DNA of 64,000 nucleotides from Octopus vulgaris. Taxonomy: Eukaryota. The DNA is taken from assembly GCA_951406725.2 (NCBI GenBank), contig OX597816.1, positions 67,890,001 through 67,954,000 on the forward strand, written 5' to 3'. Numbering within the stretch: position 1 is the first letter of the stretch; each line of letters starts with the position of its first letter. This document shows, in pieces, positions 1 through 14,270 of this stretch. Under the pieces are notes generated by a model. The model was not told the DNA's origin. It did no database searches and saw nothing but the letters and a program-made list of their open reading frames with translations. A program made the translations under genes and the position numbers.

Positions 1-1510
1 TTATTCTATCGGTCTCTTTAGCCGAACCGCTAAGTTATGGACACGTAAACACACCAGCATCGGTTGTCAAGCGATGTTGGGGGGACAAACACAGACACAC
101 AAACATATATATATACATATATATACGACGAGCTTCTTTCAGTTTCCGTCTTCTAAATCCACTCACAAAGCTTTGGTCGGCCCGAGGCTATAGTAGAAGA
201 CACTTGCCCAAGGTGCCATGCAGTGGGACTGAACCCGGAACCATGTGGTTCATAAGCAAGATTCTTACCAGACAGCCACTCCTACGCCTATGAATTCTTA
301 TGATGTAAACAATTCTGTGGATTATCTACTCCTTCCTACTTTTCTTCTTCTCAGCACCTTCTCTATCTGATGAAGAGCCATGCCCAAAATGGGCTTGTTG
401 TAACCATTCTGACCAGAACCCATTTCCCCTCTTGTCCATCCACCTTTTTCTAAGATTATTCACCCTGTAGCCACATCAATCTGGGGGGGGGGAGGCAACA
501 AGCATCATGAGTACAGCCCCTCAGTCAAGCTGACTAACTTAACATTTTTGCTATCATAATTATGTAGAAATAATCTGCTCTTGTTTCAATTAATTTTAAA
601 AAATAAAGAATCTAATAAAATAACTTTGTCATTATAAAATAGGTATTTAAAACAAACTACCATGAATTTTTGATGGATGTTTTTAATTTAAATTACTTTA
701 AACAGGCAGTTGGAATCACAGAACCAGAGGGAGTCTCCAGCAGGGTGATATCAAAAGGATTCAAACATTTAAAATAATCCTTCTTATAGCCACATCACAA
801 AACCCATCACCTAATGGTTAATAATCTAACAACTCATGGTGGTGAATTCATGGAAACTACCGTTGGGTATATAGTTTCATTCCTCTACATTTTTGTTCAA
901 TTCCTGCCAGAGTTAATAAGGTACATGAGACTCTATGGTCCAAGCAGATAGTCTCTCTAGTGCCAGTGATATGATCATATAAACTCCATTTATAGTTTAA
1001 AGTGGTTGGCAATGCAAAGAATGCCTCGTCATTAAAACCATGCTATATACAATGAAGATTGAAGATTTTCTCTTCTGAGTGTCAGATGATAAAATACTGA
1101 GAGAGATTTCACGTCATGCCAGTATAGAAAACAACAACAAAAAACAAAACAAAATATTTTTATGTACATAAGCAATTTTAAATTACCATTTATGAAACTA
1201 AGACAAAAAGACATGTTCTTGGCTGTGAGCGGTACAAAGAGAAAAATATTAAGTAGTGTACTAAATCTGTTGTCTGGTTTAAGACTGGCCCTTGAGTGCA
1301 CTTTAATAAGGTCCATTCTTATGGAAGTATTTATACCAGGTTTTTGATCTCAGGATAACTCATTCTCTTCCTCCCACCAGTCTTAGATGCCCAACCAAAA
1401 AGTCAAGGATATAACTTTCCACTCACTTTACCATTTTCACTGAAGTCTTCTGAAACACCAGAAACTAATAAAACCATCAGTAAATTCAAGGAAATCCAAA
1501 CTTTACTCAC

Positions 1511-1650
1511 CCATTTCCATTTGTCATCATAGGAGAATCGGTTCGAGGAGAGCAAATTCCATATTCTGATGTAAACTGAGCGATTCTTTTGGCACAAAAG
1601 TGAGACAGTTTTCGTGATAAGTAAACTGACATAGACACTTCATCTAGATA
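1511..1650 (-). CDS. MED12: MED12 coding exon 9 (YLDEVSMSVYLSRKLSHFCAKRIAQ...MMTNGN); gene continues beyond window start
   Basis: TTCAG acceptor, GG|GTGAGT donor, 140 nt ending phase 2; YLSRxLxxFCxxR motif. Confidence 0.93.
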
Positions 1651-3706
1651 CTGAACAAAAATGTCTTCCATTAGAAGGAAATCTTGATTTTTATTTTTTT
1701 TAAACATAGGGTATAAATATTGTGGGAAGGAAGGGATAACAACTTTATCAATCACAGTACTTAACTGGTCCTATATTTTATAGAGTCAACAAGGCTGAAA
1801 TACAAAAGTAAAAGCAACAGATATTGACATTGGGCACAAGCATAGCTGTATGGCTAAACAGCTTGCTTCCCAACCATGTGATTCGAGGTTCAGTCCCACT
1901 TGAAGGCACCTTGGACAAGTGTCTTCTGCTACAGCCCCAGGATGAGCAATACTGTGTGTGTGTGTGTGTGTGTGTGCACACGCATGTGCATGCCCTTGTC
2001 TTGATGTCATGTGGTGGTTGTAAATGAGCACCATCTTCACACAAATAATATTGTTTGTTTCAAGTCTTTCACAAAAAACATGTCTTGCCATGGGAAATAT
2101 TACCTTGCTTGGAAACAGATGAGGGTTGCCAACTAAAAGGGCATCCAGCCACAGAAAATCTGTCTGAATAAATTCCAGCTAACTCGTGCAATCATGGAAA
2201 ATGAGACAGTAAATGATAATGAATGAATAAGACCAAAACTAAATGCAGCAGTAAATATTGCCTTTCCATCACGCAGAATAGAGGCTTAAATGATTCAATA
2301 TGGCCTACCATAAAACTGAGATCTTACTGACATTTCCTTATGTTGCAATGGTTCTTATTTCTTTACTACCCACAAGGGGCTAAACACAGAGGGGGACAAA
2401 CAAGGACAGACAAACGGATTAAGTCGATTATATCAACCCCAGTGCGTAACTGGTACTTATTTCATCGACCTCGAAAGGACGAAAGGCAAAGTCGACCTCA
2501 GCAGAATTTGAACTCAGAACGTAGCGGCAGATGAAATACCGCTAAGCATTTCGCCTGGCATGCTAACGTTTCTGCCAGCTCACCACCCTCAGAACAATGG
2601 TTCTTTACTGGCAGAACAATGGTTCTGCCAGTTAAGTGGAGGAGTCTTTACAATATAAGACGATATGCTAAAACATGATTATTTATTGGCAGTGTATTCA
2701 AGGAGTAGGTTGCATGAACAAGACCTTAAATGTTGAAGATGTTTCAATTTTAAGGTACTTTTTTGTTACCAACCAACCTGAAACCGCCTCTGGCTCTGTA
2801 GTACAAATGCCTTGCTTTCAAAAGTTCTCAATTAAAATCTTCCACCAAACCTTAGTTACAATTTATGTTCCTAAGACTAGCTGAATGATAACCGAGTTAT
2901 TTTACTAAATTCTTTGTTATATCTTAAATTAATTGGAAGAAATACAGAGCATCTCAGAGCTGGTATGAACATAAAAAAGGTAGAATATTCAGGTCTGATG
3001 CAGCCAGTCAAGATGCTAAAGGGTTTGACTGAAAACCTGACCCAAACTCTTGCAGCAGAATAAATTCCGCTTGTTAAACTAAGTGATGGATTAAATCTTA
3101 TTGCACAAAAATTCAGAATTCAAAGACCTAGAACAAATACCACAAACTGTCTTGTCTGGCACTCTAACAATTCTGCCAGCTCACTGCCATGGATTGGTAT
3201 TCTATTTTATTGAATCTGAAATGATGAAAGGCTAAGCTTACCATATCAGGATTTACAAAGAGCCTGAGCAAATATTGCAAAGAGGGAATGATGAACCCAG
3301 GTTGAAAGGTGGTGCCAGAAATTTTTCTTAAGTAGTGCTAGTCCTTAGTCAATCCTGAAATTTTCAGCTCCTAACTATTTATAATTCTGATTTTATGGGC
3401 ATTCAAAGTTGAGGCCTGATCTGAATTTGAGGACTTTGCAAAATTTGGAGCCATATTTAACCTTTAACATCTTTAGAATGACCCTACAATGTCATTCTAG
3501 AAATAAACAATCACATCACTCAAATGTTGAAGCTATTAAGTAATGCAGGATTAATTCAAAACAATGTAAATGAATAAGTATTACATTTGATAGAATAATC
3601 CGAATGCTAAAAGGTTAAAGATAATTTCCTCCCTTCTTCCCACCAGTCTCAGAGGCCATGAAAAGAGATAAAGGGTTATGGGCATGGCCCTTTCCTCCTA
3701 GACTAA

Positions 3707-3928
3707 CCCTTTTGTTACTGTATTTATTTTGAGATGCTCTGTGTTTCTTTCAATTACTTTAAAATTAACAAAGAATTTAGTAAAAATAACTTAGTTATCA
3801 TTCAGCTAGTGTTTGGAACATAAATTGTGACTAAGGTTTGGTGGAAGATTTTAATTCAAGACTTATGAAAACAAGACATTTGTAGTACAAAACCAGAGGC
3901 GGTTTCAGCCAGGTTGGTAACAAAAGGG
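3707..3928. mobile_element. piggyBac-type MITE copy
   Basis: CCCTTTTGTTAC...GTAACAAAAGGG followed by TTAA; interior matches 24000-24208. Confidence 0.8.
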
Positions 3929-4748
3929 TTAAATGGTTAAAAAAAATTGAAGAAAAAAAACAATTTGAAATCCCATAGGCACATCAATTATAATGATGAG
4001 AAATTTGGAAAGAAGAAAGGGTCTAGTTAGTTAAATCAACTCCAGTACTTCACTGGTACTTGTCAAAATAAGTACTAGTGGGTAATACTTATTTGCCTTA
4101 CATCCGGAAGGATGAAAACAAACTCAACCTTGATGAAATTTGAACAGGGACTTTATTTTACTGACCCAGGAAGGATGAAAGGCAAAGTTGCCTTCAGCAG
4201 GATTTGAACAAATATTGCAAGGTAATTTTTTTTTTTTCCAACACTCTGGTGCCATGTGAAAAGCATCCAGTCTAACAGTAAAAGCAATGCCAAATCTGAT
4301 CTCACCTATGCTGGTACCACATAAAAAGCACTCAGTCTACTTTGTGGGGTGATTGGTATTAGGAAGGGCATCCAGCTGTAAAAACCATGCCAAAACAGAC
4401 ACAGAAGTCTGGTGTATTCTTCTGCCTGGCCAGCTCCTGTCAAAACGTCCAACCCATGCCAGCATGGAATGCTGGCATTAAACAATGATGATGATGACTC
4501 TAAAAATCCATTGCTTTAATGGCACAAGCCAGAAATTTTGAGGGGAGGGGGACAGTCAGTTACATCAACACAGGTGCTCAATTAGTACTTACTTTATTAA
4601 CCCCAAAAGGTAAAAATGTCAGAGTTGACCTTGGTGGCATTTGAACTCTGAAATGTAAAGCTGGAAAAAATACCACATAAAATTTTGTCAAGCATGCTAG
4701 CAATTGTGCTAGCTTGCTGCACTACAGATAATAATATTAATAACTTAC

Positions 4749-4859
4749 ATAAACAATTTGTCCAAGTAATAATTTCAACACAGAATCGTCATTTGGTCGT
4801 ATCTTTTCCATGTGTTCAAGTAACCAAGTGAGAAACTCGTGCCGGTCTAGCAAACCCTC
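4749..4859 (-). CDS. MED12: MED12 coding exon 8 ([37 protein letters not shown])
   Basis: TACAG acceptor, GTAAGT donor, 111 nt; LDRHEFLTW motif. Confidence 0.95.
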
Positions 4860-4942
4860 CTGTAGTTATAATAAAAGAAAGAAAAAGAAAGAAATCAATT
4901 TAGAATTTATGAACTATTGTCACTAAAAGAAACATATATTCA

Positions 4943-5292
4943 ACGTTGTCAGCGTCGCCTTACTGGCACTTGTGCCAGTGGCATGTGAACAAAACATTCG
5001 AGCGAGGTCCTTGCCAGTGCTGCTGGACTGACTCCTGTGCAGGTGGCACGTAAAAAACACCATTTTCGAGCGTGGCCATTGCCAGTACCGCCTGACTGGC
5101 CCTTGTGCCGGTGACACTTTAAAAGCACCCACTACACTCTCGGAGTGGTTGGCGTTAGGAAGGGCATCCAGCTGTAGAAACTCTGCCAGATCAGATTGGA
5201 GCCTGGCGCAGCCATCTGGTTCACCAGTCCTCAGTCAAATCGTCCAACCCATGCTAGCATGGAAAGCAGACGTTAAACAATGATGATGATGA
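4943..5292 (+). repeat. Abundant (GAT)n-tailed repeat (RTE 3'-UTR-like); representative copy
   Basis: Shared core GGAGTGGTTGGCGTTAGGAAGGGCATCCAGCTGTAGAAA...CCCATGCTAGCATGGAAA; other copies near 4250-4497, 7437-7625, 7838-8130, 9766-10165, 11063-11308, 14645-15167, 17890-18280, 25535-25820, 27010-27365, 62543-62813. Confidence 0.85.
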
Positions 5293-5725
5293 TTGTATAT
5301 TATGATTCATAAGGCATACACGCTTCCAAGATGCACTCCGATTTTGGAAGGCCTGTTCTTGAATCATTAATTGTCAATTATCTAAATACTAACTTTGTGC
5401 TTTATAAAGACACAGATTGATTTTCTGGAACATTTTTTGATACAAAATAGGCTACCTTATAAAAAAATCAAATAATATAAATATATTTTTTATTATTTAA
5501 AATTCTATAAAAGGCTGACAGAAAGCGGTGCTGCTTCCTAGGGCTAAATAGCAGTAGCATTATTCTCTTGATGGGACTGTTACATTAAGTTGACAGCATA
5601 GAACTACTTTATCATATCACTACTGCTTAAATCTCTCTGGGAGATTTAGAAATGTATTATTTCTATTTATATCAATATTATATGCAGAAAAATACAATTA
5701 TTAATTAGAGGTGTAACTCGCCTAC

Positions 5726-5919
5726 CTCATATAGATGTCTGGCAAGACGACAGCAGAAGTGCCAATATTTAACAGCTATTTCAAAATCAGCAACTGAATG
5801 GGCCGGGTTTGAGGGCCCTAAAAAGTTGGACTGTATACCTTGGTTGTTTAGACTATGATAATATTCCTGAATTTTCTGAAGTTGTTCTTTCATGTATTTT
5901 GTTAGGGCTTGACACCAGT
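5726..5919 (-). CDS. MED12: MED12 coding exon 7 (DWCQALTKYMKEQLQKIQEYY...LARHLYE)
   Basis: TTTTCAG acceptor, phase 1 start consistent with exon 6, GAG|GTAGGC donor, 194 nt; TKYxxEQLQKxxEYY motif. Confidence 0.94.
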
Positions 5920-7248
5920 CTGAAAATATTGAAATCAAATATACTAATAGTTAAAAGATATATATATTTTTTTTACATTAGCACAAGGCCACAAATCTTT
6001 TCTGTTTTTTAGCAGGGGTGCAATTTTGAACTAATGCACATTACCATTATAATCATTTTACATCCACACCATCTCACTACCCATCATATATCTTATTCAT
6101 CCAACACACACAAGAGATATGACCAACTAACTTTGTTGTTGTATATATTTCAATCCAATTGTTTTGCAAGCTTTTTTTTTTACCTTTTTGCATGGGGATA
6201 TATAAACTTTATAATGTGGAATGGGTACATTTTGTGGCACTAGAAAGATATCACCTGCAACACAGTTAAAAAGTCCCATCTGTTCTTAACAGCTTGGAGT
6301 TACTATCCTCTTCCATAAGTTGCTAGTGCTACAGCTCATCGTGTCCATATGTCTTTATATTCTCTTTATTTGTTTCAGTCATTTGACTGTGGCCATGCTG
6401 GAGCACCGCCTTTAGTCGAGCAAATCGACCCCAAGACTTATTCTTTGTAAGCCTAGTACTTATTCTATTGGTCTCTTTTGCCGAACCGCTAAGTTACGGG
6501 GTTGTCGAGCGATGTTGGGGGGCACAAACACACATATATATATACACATAATACATATATACAATGGGCTTCTTTCAGTTTCTGTCTACCAAATCCACTC
6601 ATAAGGCTTTGGTCAGCCCGAGGCTATAGTAGAAGACACTTGCCCAAGGTGCCACGCAGTGGGACTGAACCTGGAACCATGTGATTGGTAAGCAAGCTAC
6701 TTACCACACAGCCACACCTGCACCTATAATATATATATATATATATATGCTAGCTTAAAAGCTGCACTCCATGTAGACTTTAACACTAGCTCTTGTGGAG
6801 GGCTAATTAAGCCTGCAGCCCAGCCCAAAACTAAAGATAGCTAAATAGCATGACCTTATGACCCAGTAGTGTTTGATCAGAGGTTAAGGATAGAGGAGAT
6901 TTTATTCTGTAATGCCATTATTCTATTGCTCCCGTTCCAATTTAAATTCCAACGGTTGGCCAATTTGTCCCAAAGTTCTTATCTCGATGTAAAATTAATG
7001 AAGCGAATGTCACTTATCTCCTCCTCAATCTCTGATACCATCTAACAAACACCAACCAAGATGGCATGGATCAGCCAAGCTTTACCAGCTAGAAATAGCA
7101 ACCCAATTGCTTTTAAATCAGATCCCAATGCTGGATGTTCAAGAACGAAATGAAGGGCTGATTTTCAATCCTCGGATCATCCTGATTCCAAAAAGGTGCA
7201 ATAAGTCTATGTAGAGCAAATTTAGACTGAGATAGACAGAATTTCACT

Positions 7249-7300
<52 letters not shown>

Positions 7301-7801
7301 TTCAGCAAAATTTAGATTCAGATGAATATGGTACTTAAGTTAAAGGCACCAGAATTTTGTATGGTATTATCCATATAAATCAAATGGGGTTGCTTATTTT
7401 GAGTATATATATATATATATATATACACATATATATCATCATCACCTTTTAACGTCCATTTTCCATGCTAGCATGGGTTGGACAGTTCGACCGGAATCTG
7501 GGAAGCCAGGAGGCTATGCCAGGCACCAGTCTGATCTGGCAGTATTTCTATATCTGGATGCCCTTCCTAATGCCAACCACTCCGTGAGTGTAGTGGGTGC
7601 TTTTTATGTGCCATTAGCACAGGTATCACAACTACAATTTCCATTTGATTTTTATTTTGATGTGTTGATGTACTTGACTCAATCGGTATCCTCAAGCACA
7701 GCAGGTCACCTTACAATCTAAGGTTAGCACAGCAGGCTGTCCTGCAAGCCATGAACTCACTTCACAGAGGTTTCGGTCTTTCATCATTGCTCCTGTGAGG
7801 C

Positions 7802-7841
<40 letters not shown>

Positions 7842-8357
7842 TCATCATCATCGTTTAACGTCCATTTTCCATGCTAGCATGGGTTGGACGGTTCAACTGG
7901 GGTCTGGGTAGCCAGAAGGCTGCACCAGGCCCAGTCTGATCTGGCAGTGTTTCTACAGCTGGATGCCCTTCCTAATGCCAACCACTCCATGAGTGTAGTG
8001 GGTGCTTTTTACGTGCCACCTGCACAGGTGCCAGATGAGGCTGGCAAATGGCCACAATCGGATGGTGCCTTTTACGTGCCACCGGCACGGGGGCCAGATG
8101 AGGCTGGCAACGGCCACAATCGGATGTCTGATGGCCCAGAGGCTTCCCTTGTCTTCATATCCTTAATTGCTTTATTTGTTGTGCTATATATATATATATA
8201 TATATATATATCTGTATATGTACACATATATATATATATATATATATATGTAGGCATAGGAGTGACTGTGTGGTAAGTAGCTTGCATACGAACCACACAG
8301 TTCCAGGTTCAGTCCCACTGCGTGGCACCTTGGGCAAGTGTCTTCTATAGCCTCAGG

Positions 8358-8393
<36 letters not shown>

Positions 8394-9106
8394 TATCTTT
8401 TATTTGTTTTTGTCATTGAACTGCAGTTATGCATTGCCAAAAAGTCTTTTTAGTGGAACAAACTGACCCCAGTACTTACTCTTTTAAGTGTGGCCTCTTT
8501 TGTTATACTGCTAAACTACAGGAATGTAAACAAACCAAAATCAGTTGTCAGGTGGTGTAGTGGGGACAAACACAAACAAATACATACATTTTTTTTCTTG
8601 ATAATCAGCAGAAGTTAGAGTGACTCAAAAGCTGAGAGTTTTGAGTGTTGTCATTGTATGAAACACTCAGCTTTTGAGTTACTCATAGCTTCCCAACCAT
8701 ATGGTTCTGAGTTCAGTCCCACCGCATGGCACCTTGAGTAAGTGTTTTCTACTATAGTCTTGGGCCGATCAAAGCCTGGTAAGTGGATCTGGTACACGGA
8801 AACTGAAAGAAGCCTCTCATATGTATGTGTGTGTGTCTTAGTGTCTGTGTTAATTTCCAATCTCCACTTGATAACTGGTATTGGTATATTTACATCCCCA
8901 TAACTTAACAGCCTGGCAAAAGAGAGACTGATAAAATAAGTACCATGTTTAACAAAAAGAATGACCGCTGAGATCAATTCATTCAGGTTGCAGACTGAAA
9001 CAAGTAAAAAATAGAAGATATATATACTTATGTTTTAAGTACTATTTTCCTCAGTGCATGACCAAACAAACACACACACACACATGCACAACTAATTCAG
9101 AAGAGC

Positions 9107-9413
9107 GTGGAGGCGCAATGGCTCAGTGGTTAGGGCAGCGGACTCGTGGTCAGAGGATTGCAGTTTCGATTCCCAGACTGGGCGTTGTGTGTGTTTATTG
9201 AGTGAAAACACCTAAAAGCTCCACGAGGCTCCGGCAGGGGGGGGGGGGCGACCCCTGTTGTACTCTTTCGCCCCAACTTTCTTCCTGTTTCTTGGGTAAC
9301 GCTGCAATGGGCTGGCGTCCCGTCCAGCTGGGGGAACACATATGCCACAGAAACCGGGAAACCGGGCCCATGAGCCTGGCTAGGCTTGAAAAAGGCGCAT
9401 GAATAAAAAATAA
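9107..9413 (+). mobile_element. tRNA-derived SINE (family C, tail type 1) with 13-bp TSD
   Basis: GGAGGCGCAATGGCTCAGTGGTTAGGGCAGCGGACTCG head; TSD AATTCAGAAGAGC at 9094-9106 and 9414-9426. Confidence 0.87.
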
Positions 9414-9442
9414 AATTCAGAAGAGCAACAAGAATATCTCAC

Positions 9443-9602
9443 CAAGGCACTGATCCACAGTTTGTCTCTTCTTTGTCTTGTTCTCTTGTAATGCAACATT
9501 ATGAGCTGCTGTCATCTTTACAAACCAAGCTGCCTTTATCATAGGGATGCTAAAATCACAGAGTGTTGAAAAAATTTCTTCTTTCTTATTAAAAATAGGT
9601 AC
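9443..9602 (-). CDS. MED12: MED12 coding exon 6 (VPIFNKKEEIFSTLCDFSIPMIKAAWFVKMTAAH...VDQCL)
   Basis: TTTTACAG acceptor, G|GTGAGA donor, 160 nt ending phase 1; VPIF.KKEE and AAWxxKMT motifs. Confidence 0.95.
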
Positions 9603-10649
9603 CTGTAAAAAACAATATAAGAAAGAACCGAGAATTAGTGGATACCAAGACTTACTGGGTACACAAAGTTCTCATATTGCAATAACATTTTCATCTGAAT
9701 GAGATATCTACAGCAAAAAAAAAAAATCCATAAGCTGTCTACACATCAATAGTAAACTCACAAACATCATCATCATCATCGTTTAACGTCTGCTTTCCAT
9801 GCTAGCATGGGTTGGACGATTTTGACTGAGGGCTGGCGAACCAGATGGCTGCACCAGACTCCAATCTTGATCTGGCAGAGTTTCTACAGCTGGATGCCCT
9901 TCCTAACACCAACCACTCTGAGAGTGTAGTGGGTGCTTTTTACGTTCCACCGGCATGGGGGCCAGTCAGGCGGTACTGGCAATGACCTCACTCGAATCTT
10001 TTTACACGTGCCAGTGAAGCGACGTTGGGCACGATCACGCTCAAATGGTGCCCTTTTACGTGCCACGGGTACGGAAGCCAGTTGGCTGCTCTGGCAACGA
10101 TCACGCTCGGATGGTGCTCTTGGCACCCTACTAGCACGGGCTCAAGTGCCAGTATGGCGACGCTGGTAAAGAAGCACATGCTTTGTGGTATGGTTAAGAA
10201 GTTCACTTCAAGACTATGTAGGTGTAGGTTTGTTTACATCCCGCCACATAATGAAGGCATGTGGCTTAGTGGTTTATGTATTTCGCTCATGATTGTAAGA
10301 TTTGAGTTCGATTCCCGGTGGCATGTTGTGCTCTGGAGCATGACACTTACATTTCACAAACAGTTACTCAGAGTTTCACATCGCTGATCAGACAGTTGTG
10401 GTGATAGGTTACATGAAACTCAGTAACAGTCCGTGAAGTCTTCTGAGCTCCATTAAATAAGAGTGAGTGTGTGTGTATGCACTTATGTATGTAAATGTAT
10501 GTTTATGTATGTGTGTGTGTGTGTGTCATCATCATTTAATGTCTGTTGTCCATGCTGGCATGGGTTGGAGGATTTGACCAGGGCTCGTAAACTGAGGAGC
10601 TGCATCAGACTTCAGCCTGATTCGGCATGCTTTCTACAGCTGTATATAC

Positions 10650-10700
<51 letters not shown>

Positions 10701-11975
10701 TATATATATACATACACATGCGTATGTAAGCACACAAATGCGAAACAAGATGGGAAAAAATAGTACTCAAATACCAGAGGTAGGGTAACATGTTTTTTTC
10801 TATTATAAAAGCTGCAAAAACATAACAGAAAACTGCTACTCAGAGTTTCACATTTCCATGTGTTGAGCAATATATAATAATTTATATTAAGATTTTTATA
10901 ATTGTATTCTTATCTGATATGTATTGAATTATAATGTATATATGTATGTTATTATGGTTCTCGTTTTTGTTAAATAAATAAATAAGTCAACATTCTAATA
11001 TCCGAAAGCTGATGAACCAACTAAATTGTTTCTCCATTTTCTTATTTGTATTATTTGTATTATTGACTGGCTTCCGTGCCAGTGGCAGATAAAAAGCACC
11101 AACAGATCGTGGCCGCTGCCAGCCTCCCCTGGCACGTAAAAAGCACCCAATACACTCACGGAGTGGTTGGCGTTAGGAAGGGTATCCAGCTGTAGAAACA
11201 CTGCCAGATCAGACTGGAGCCTGGTGCAGCCTCCTGGATTCCCAGTCCCCGGTCGAACTTTTCCAACCCGTTCTAACACGGAAAACGGACATTAAATGAT
11301 GATGATGATATATATATATATATATATATATGCATTAATCTTTCACCAGTGGTAAGAAAAATCAACAATCACCTCCTTGTCATTTTCATGCCATCATAAA
11401 ATCAATGAACTAGCACCAGCATCATCCCACTGGAAACATGCAACCAACAACTTTATTATTCACAAAGCACAACAAAAAAACATTTCACCGAATGTCCTCA
11501 AATATCCGGTCACATTATGAAGCCCATTGCTTTTTAATCTCCCAAGTTCACAGAGTACAATCACTGGACCATAGTTCAATCATTCTTTTACAGTTGCTGC
11601 AATACTCTGCTGACCATTTTTAGCTGCAATACTCCACATCACACAGACATACAAATGTACAAAGGGATTACAAAGCAGACTTCAAGTAGAGAGGACATGT
11701 CATTAATAAGTTCAGAAATGGTGATGAAAGGACTCTGACAAGCCTAGCCGATAGATTGACTGATTGAGTGATTCAGCAACTGGTCAAGCAATTGACCAGT
11801 TAAGTTGTTAAATGGTCAACTAGTTGGCTAATAATAATAATAAAAGAAACAGAATCAGTACAAGTGTTTATTATTTACATAATGACCCTCTCAAGATATC
11901 AGACCTGCTTCAACACATGAGTTTACAACAAGGATCTTGCAAACCATATACAAAATAAAAGAAAAAGATTTTCAC

Positions 11976-12059
11976 CTTTTTCACAAGTAACGAGAGTGGT
12001 TTACTTCCTGCTAAATCTTTAAACCAAGCCTCCATCGCGTTTCTAGTTCGTGCGGTCAC
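11976..12059 (-). CDS. MED12: MED12 coding exon 5 ([28 protein letters not shown])
   Basis: TTCCAG acceptor, AAG|GTGAAA donor, 84 nt; WFxDLAGxKPL motif of the Med12 domain. Confidence 0.95.
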
Positions 12060-12579
12060 CTGGAAGAGGACAATTCAAATGGTATATTCTGGAAATTTTA
12101 CAGTAGATTGATCACTGGCAGTGAAACTGTCTTTATTCAGAATTTGATTTCTTATGTAGGAACAAGGCCAAAAAAATAAACGAGAAGGAAAAACATCTAT
12201 TACAGCAACTCAGTACTTGACCAGTAGTCTATTTTATCATCCTAGGAAGGATGAAAAAATAAAACTGATCTTAGTGTGATTTGAACTCTGAACATAAAGA
12301 GCTGGAATATCTACAACAAAACGTTTTCTCGTATGCTCTGATTGTTCTATCAATTCATTGCATTTGTATAAGAGTTTCTAATATGGGTACATGGGCATAA
12401 TTAAAAGGAATTAGTTGATTAAATCAACCCTAGGGCTTCACTGTTACTTGTTTTACTGGCCCCAGAAGGATCAATGGTAAAATTAACCCCAACACAAGAT
12501 TTTAAAAAATTGCTGGGGAAGATATAGTTGATTAAATCAGCTCCATTACTGTCCTTAAAAAGAAAGAAAGAAAAAAAGA

Positions 12580-12613
<34 letters not shown>

Positions 12614-12818
12614 GTTTCAAATTTTTGCACAAGGCCAGCATTTAAGGGAATAGCTTAGTCAGTTACATCAACCAAAGTTTCTAGATGGTACTTATATTAT
12701 GAATCTCTAAAGGATGAAAGACAAAGTCGAAAATGTAAAGTGCCATAAGAAATGTCACTAACCATTCTGCCTGGTGCACTAATGATTCTGCCAGCTCATC
12801 GGCTTCAACAAGAACAAC

Positions 12819-12852
<34 letters not shown>

Positions 12853-12868
12853 GAAAAGAAGAACTTAC

Positions 12869-12976
12869 AGGTCTGAAATTATCTTTGATATTAAGCTGTT
12901 GTTTCTTCTTTCCTGTGTCTTGGAATGTGTTCAGCTCAGTTTTCTTTGTCATCATGGAACTAAAGCATGTCCCCAC
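12869..12976 (-). CDS. MED12: MED12 coding exon 4 (VGTCFSSMMTKKTELNTFQDTGKKKQQLNIKDNFRP)
   Basis: TTCAG acceptor, GTAAGT donor, 108 nt; NTxxDTG...KDNF motif. Confidence 0.94.
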
Positions 12977-13349
12977 CTGAAGGGATGAGAAACACAGGCC
13001 CAAACATATAAATGAACAAGCAATGGTTCCACAGCTACACAGTATGGTTACTGTGGAAGATTATAGACATAGGTCAAGGAATAGAGTTTAAACAGCAATT
13101 TTATGGACACATGGAGATAAAATCATTAACTCCTGATTAAATGATTAAAGAAACTAAAACAAATTTGGAATATGTATAACCACAGATGGTATGGTCTGCT
13201 ACAATAAATAGCAATAGCAGAGAAAAATTTGAAGCAGTAATTACCACAAGAGTGGAATGGTTTACAACAGTAAACAGCAGTAACTGCATCCATCATTCAC
13301 AACTGGTAGAATGTAGCAGGATTTCATAAATTATTTTATGTGTCGCTTA

Positions 13350-14270
13350 AAGTGGATGAACACATGGAAGCAAGAGACCCAGAAGACATGGGATGAGGTA
13401 CTGAAGAACAACCTCAGGACGCTGAACCTTTCATGTGAGATGACACAGGAATGAGATACCTATTTCTTTACTACCCACATGGGGCTAAACACATTAAGTT
13501 GATTATATGGACCCCAGTGCATAACTGGTACTTAATTTATCGACCCCGAAAAGATGAAAGGCAAAGTCAACCTCGGCGGAATTTGAACTCAGAACGTAAC
13601 GGCAGACGAAATACAGCTACGCATTTTGCCCAGTGTGCTAATGTTTCTACCAGCTCGCCGCCTTAGGAATGGAATACCTGGCACCTTGCTAAGAAGACCT
13701 GTCCTCTACAGCAGAAGTGCTAAGACCAATCCTTCAGATGGTATAACACACTCGCGATGGAGCCACATAAAAGTGCTCGTGCAGTGCAGCATAAAGTACC
13801 TGTGTGGCGTCACAAAAAAGCACCCGTGCGGTGCCATGTAAAAGTGCCCATGCAGCTTCACGTAAAAGCACCCAGCACACTGTAAAGTGGCTGGCATTAG
13901 GAAGGGCATCCAGCCATAGGAAACCATGCCAAATCAGACCTGGAGTCTGGTGCAGCTCCCCAGCTTGTCACCTCTGGTCAAACCCTCCAACCCATGCCAG
14001 CATAGACACTGGACGTTAACTCTTTCGATACTAACCCAGCTGAAACCGACTCTGGCTCTGCAGTACCAATGTCTTGTTTTCATAAGTATCGAATTAAAAT
14101 CTTCCACCAAACCTCAGTCACAATTTATGTTCCTAACACTAGTTTAATGATGACTAAATTATAATACTAAATTCTTTGTTATATTTAAAATTAAATGAAA
14201 GAAACAGAGCATCTCAAAATAAATACGGTAACGAAAGGGTTAAATGACAATGATGATGATGATGACGATA
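13350..14270 (+). mobile_element. RTE-type LINE 3' end (ORF C-terminus + repeat-containing 3' UTR + (GAT)n tail) with nested SINE and MITE
   Basis: KTWDEVLKNNLRTLNLSCEMTQ remnant, then CACGTAAAAGCACC units, GGCATTAGGAAGGGCATCCAG and GGACGTTAA...(GAT)n. Confidence 0.68.
14020..14239. mobile_element. piggyBac-type MITE inserted at the TTAA of an RTE tail
   Basis: GGACG-TTAA [element] TTAA-ATGACAATGATGATG restores the host tail. Confidence 0.8.

Noticed and set aside
361-392. CTGATGAAGAGC hammerhead-like start
   Set aside because: Stem II partner and GAAA are mutated (GCCCAAAA); too degraded to call.
1-1500. Search for MED12 exon 10
   Set aside because: No frame resembling the expected downstream MED12 sequence with phase-2 splice sites was seen; it probably lies outside the window.
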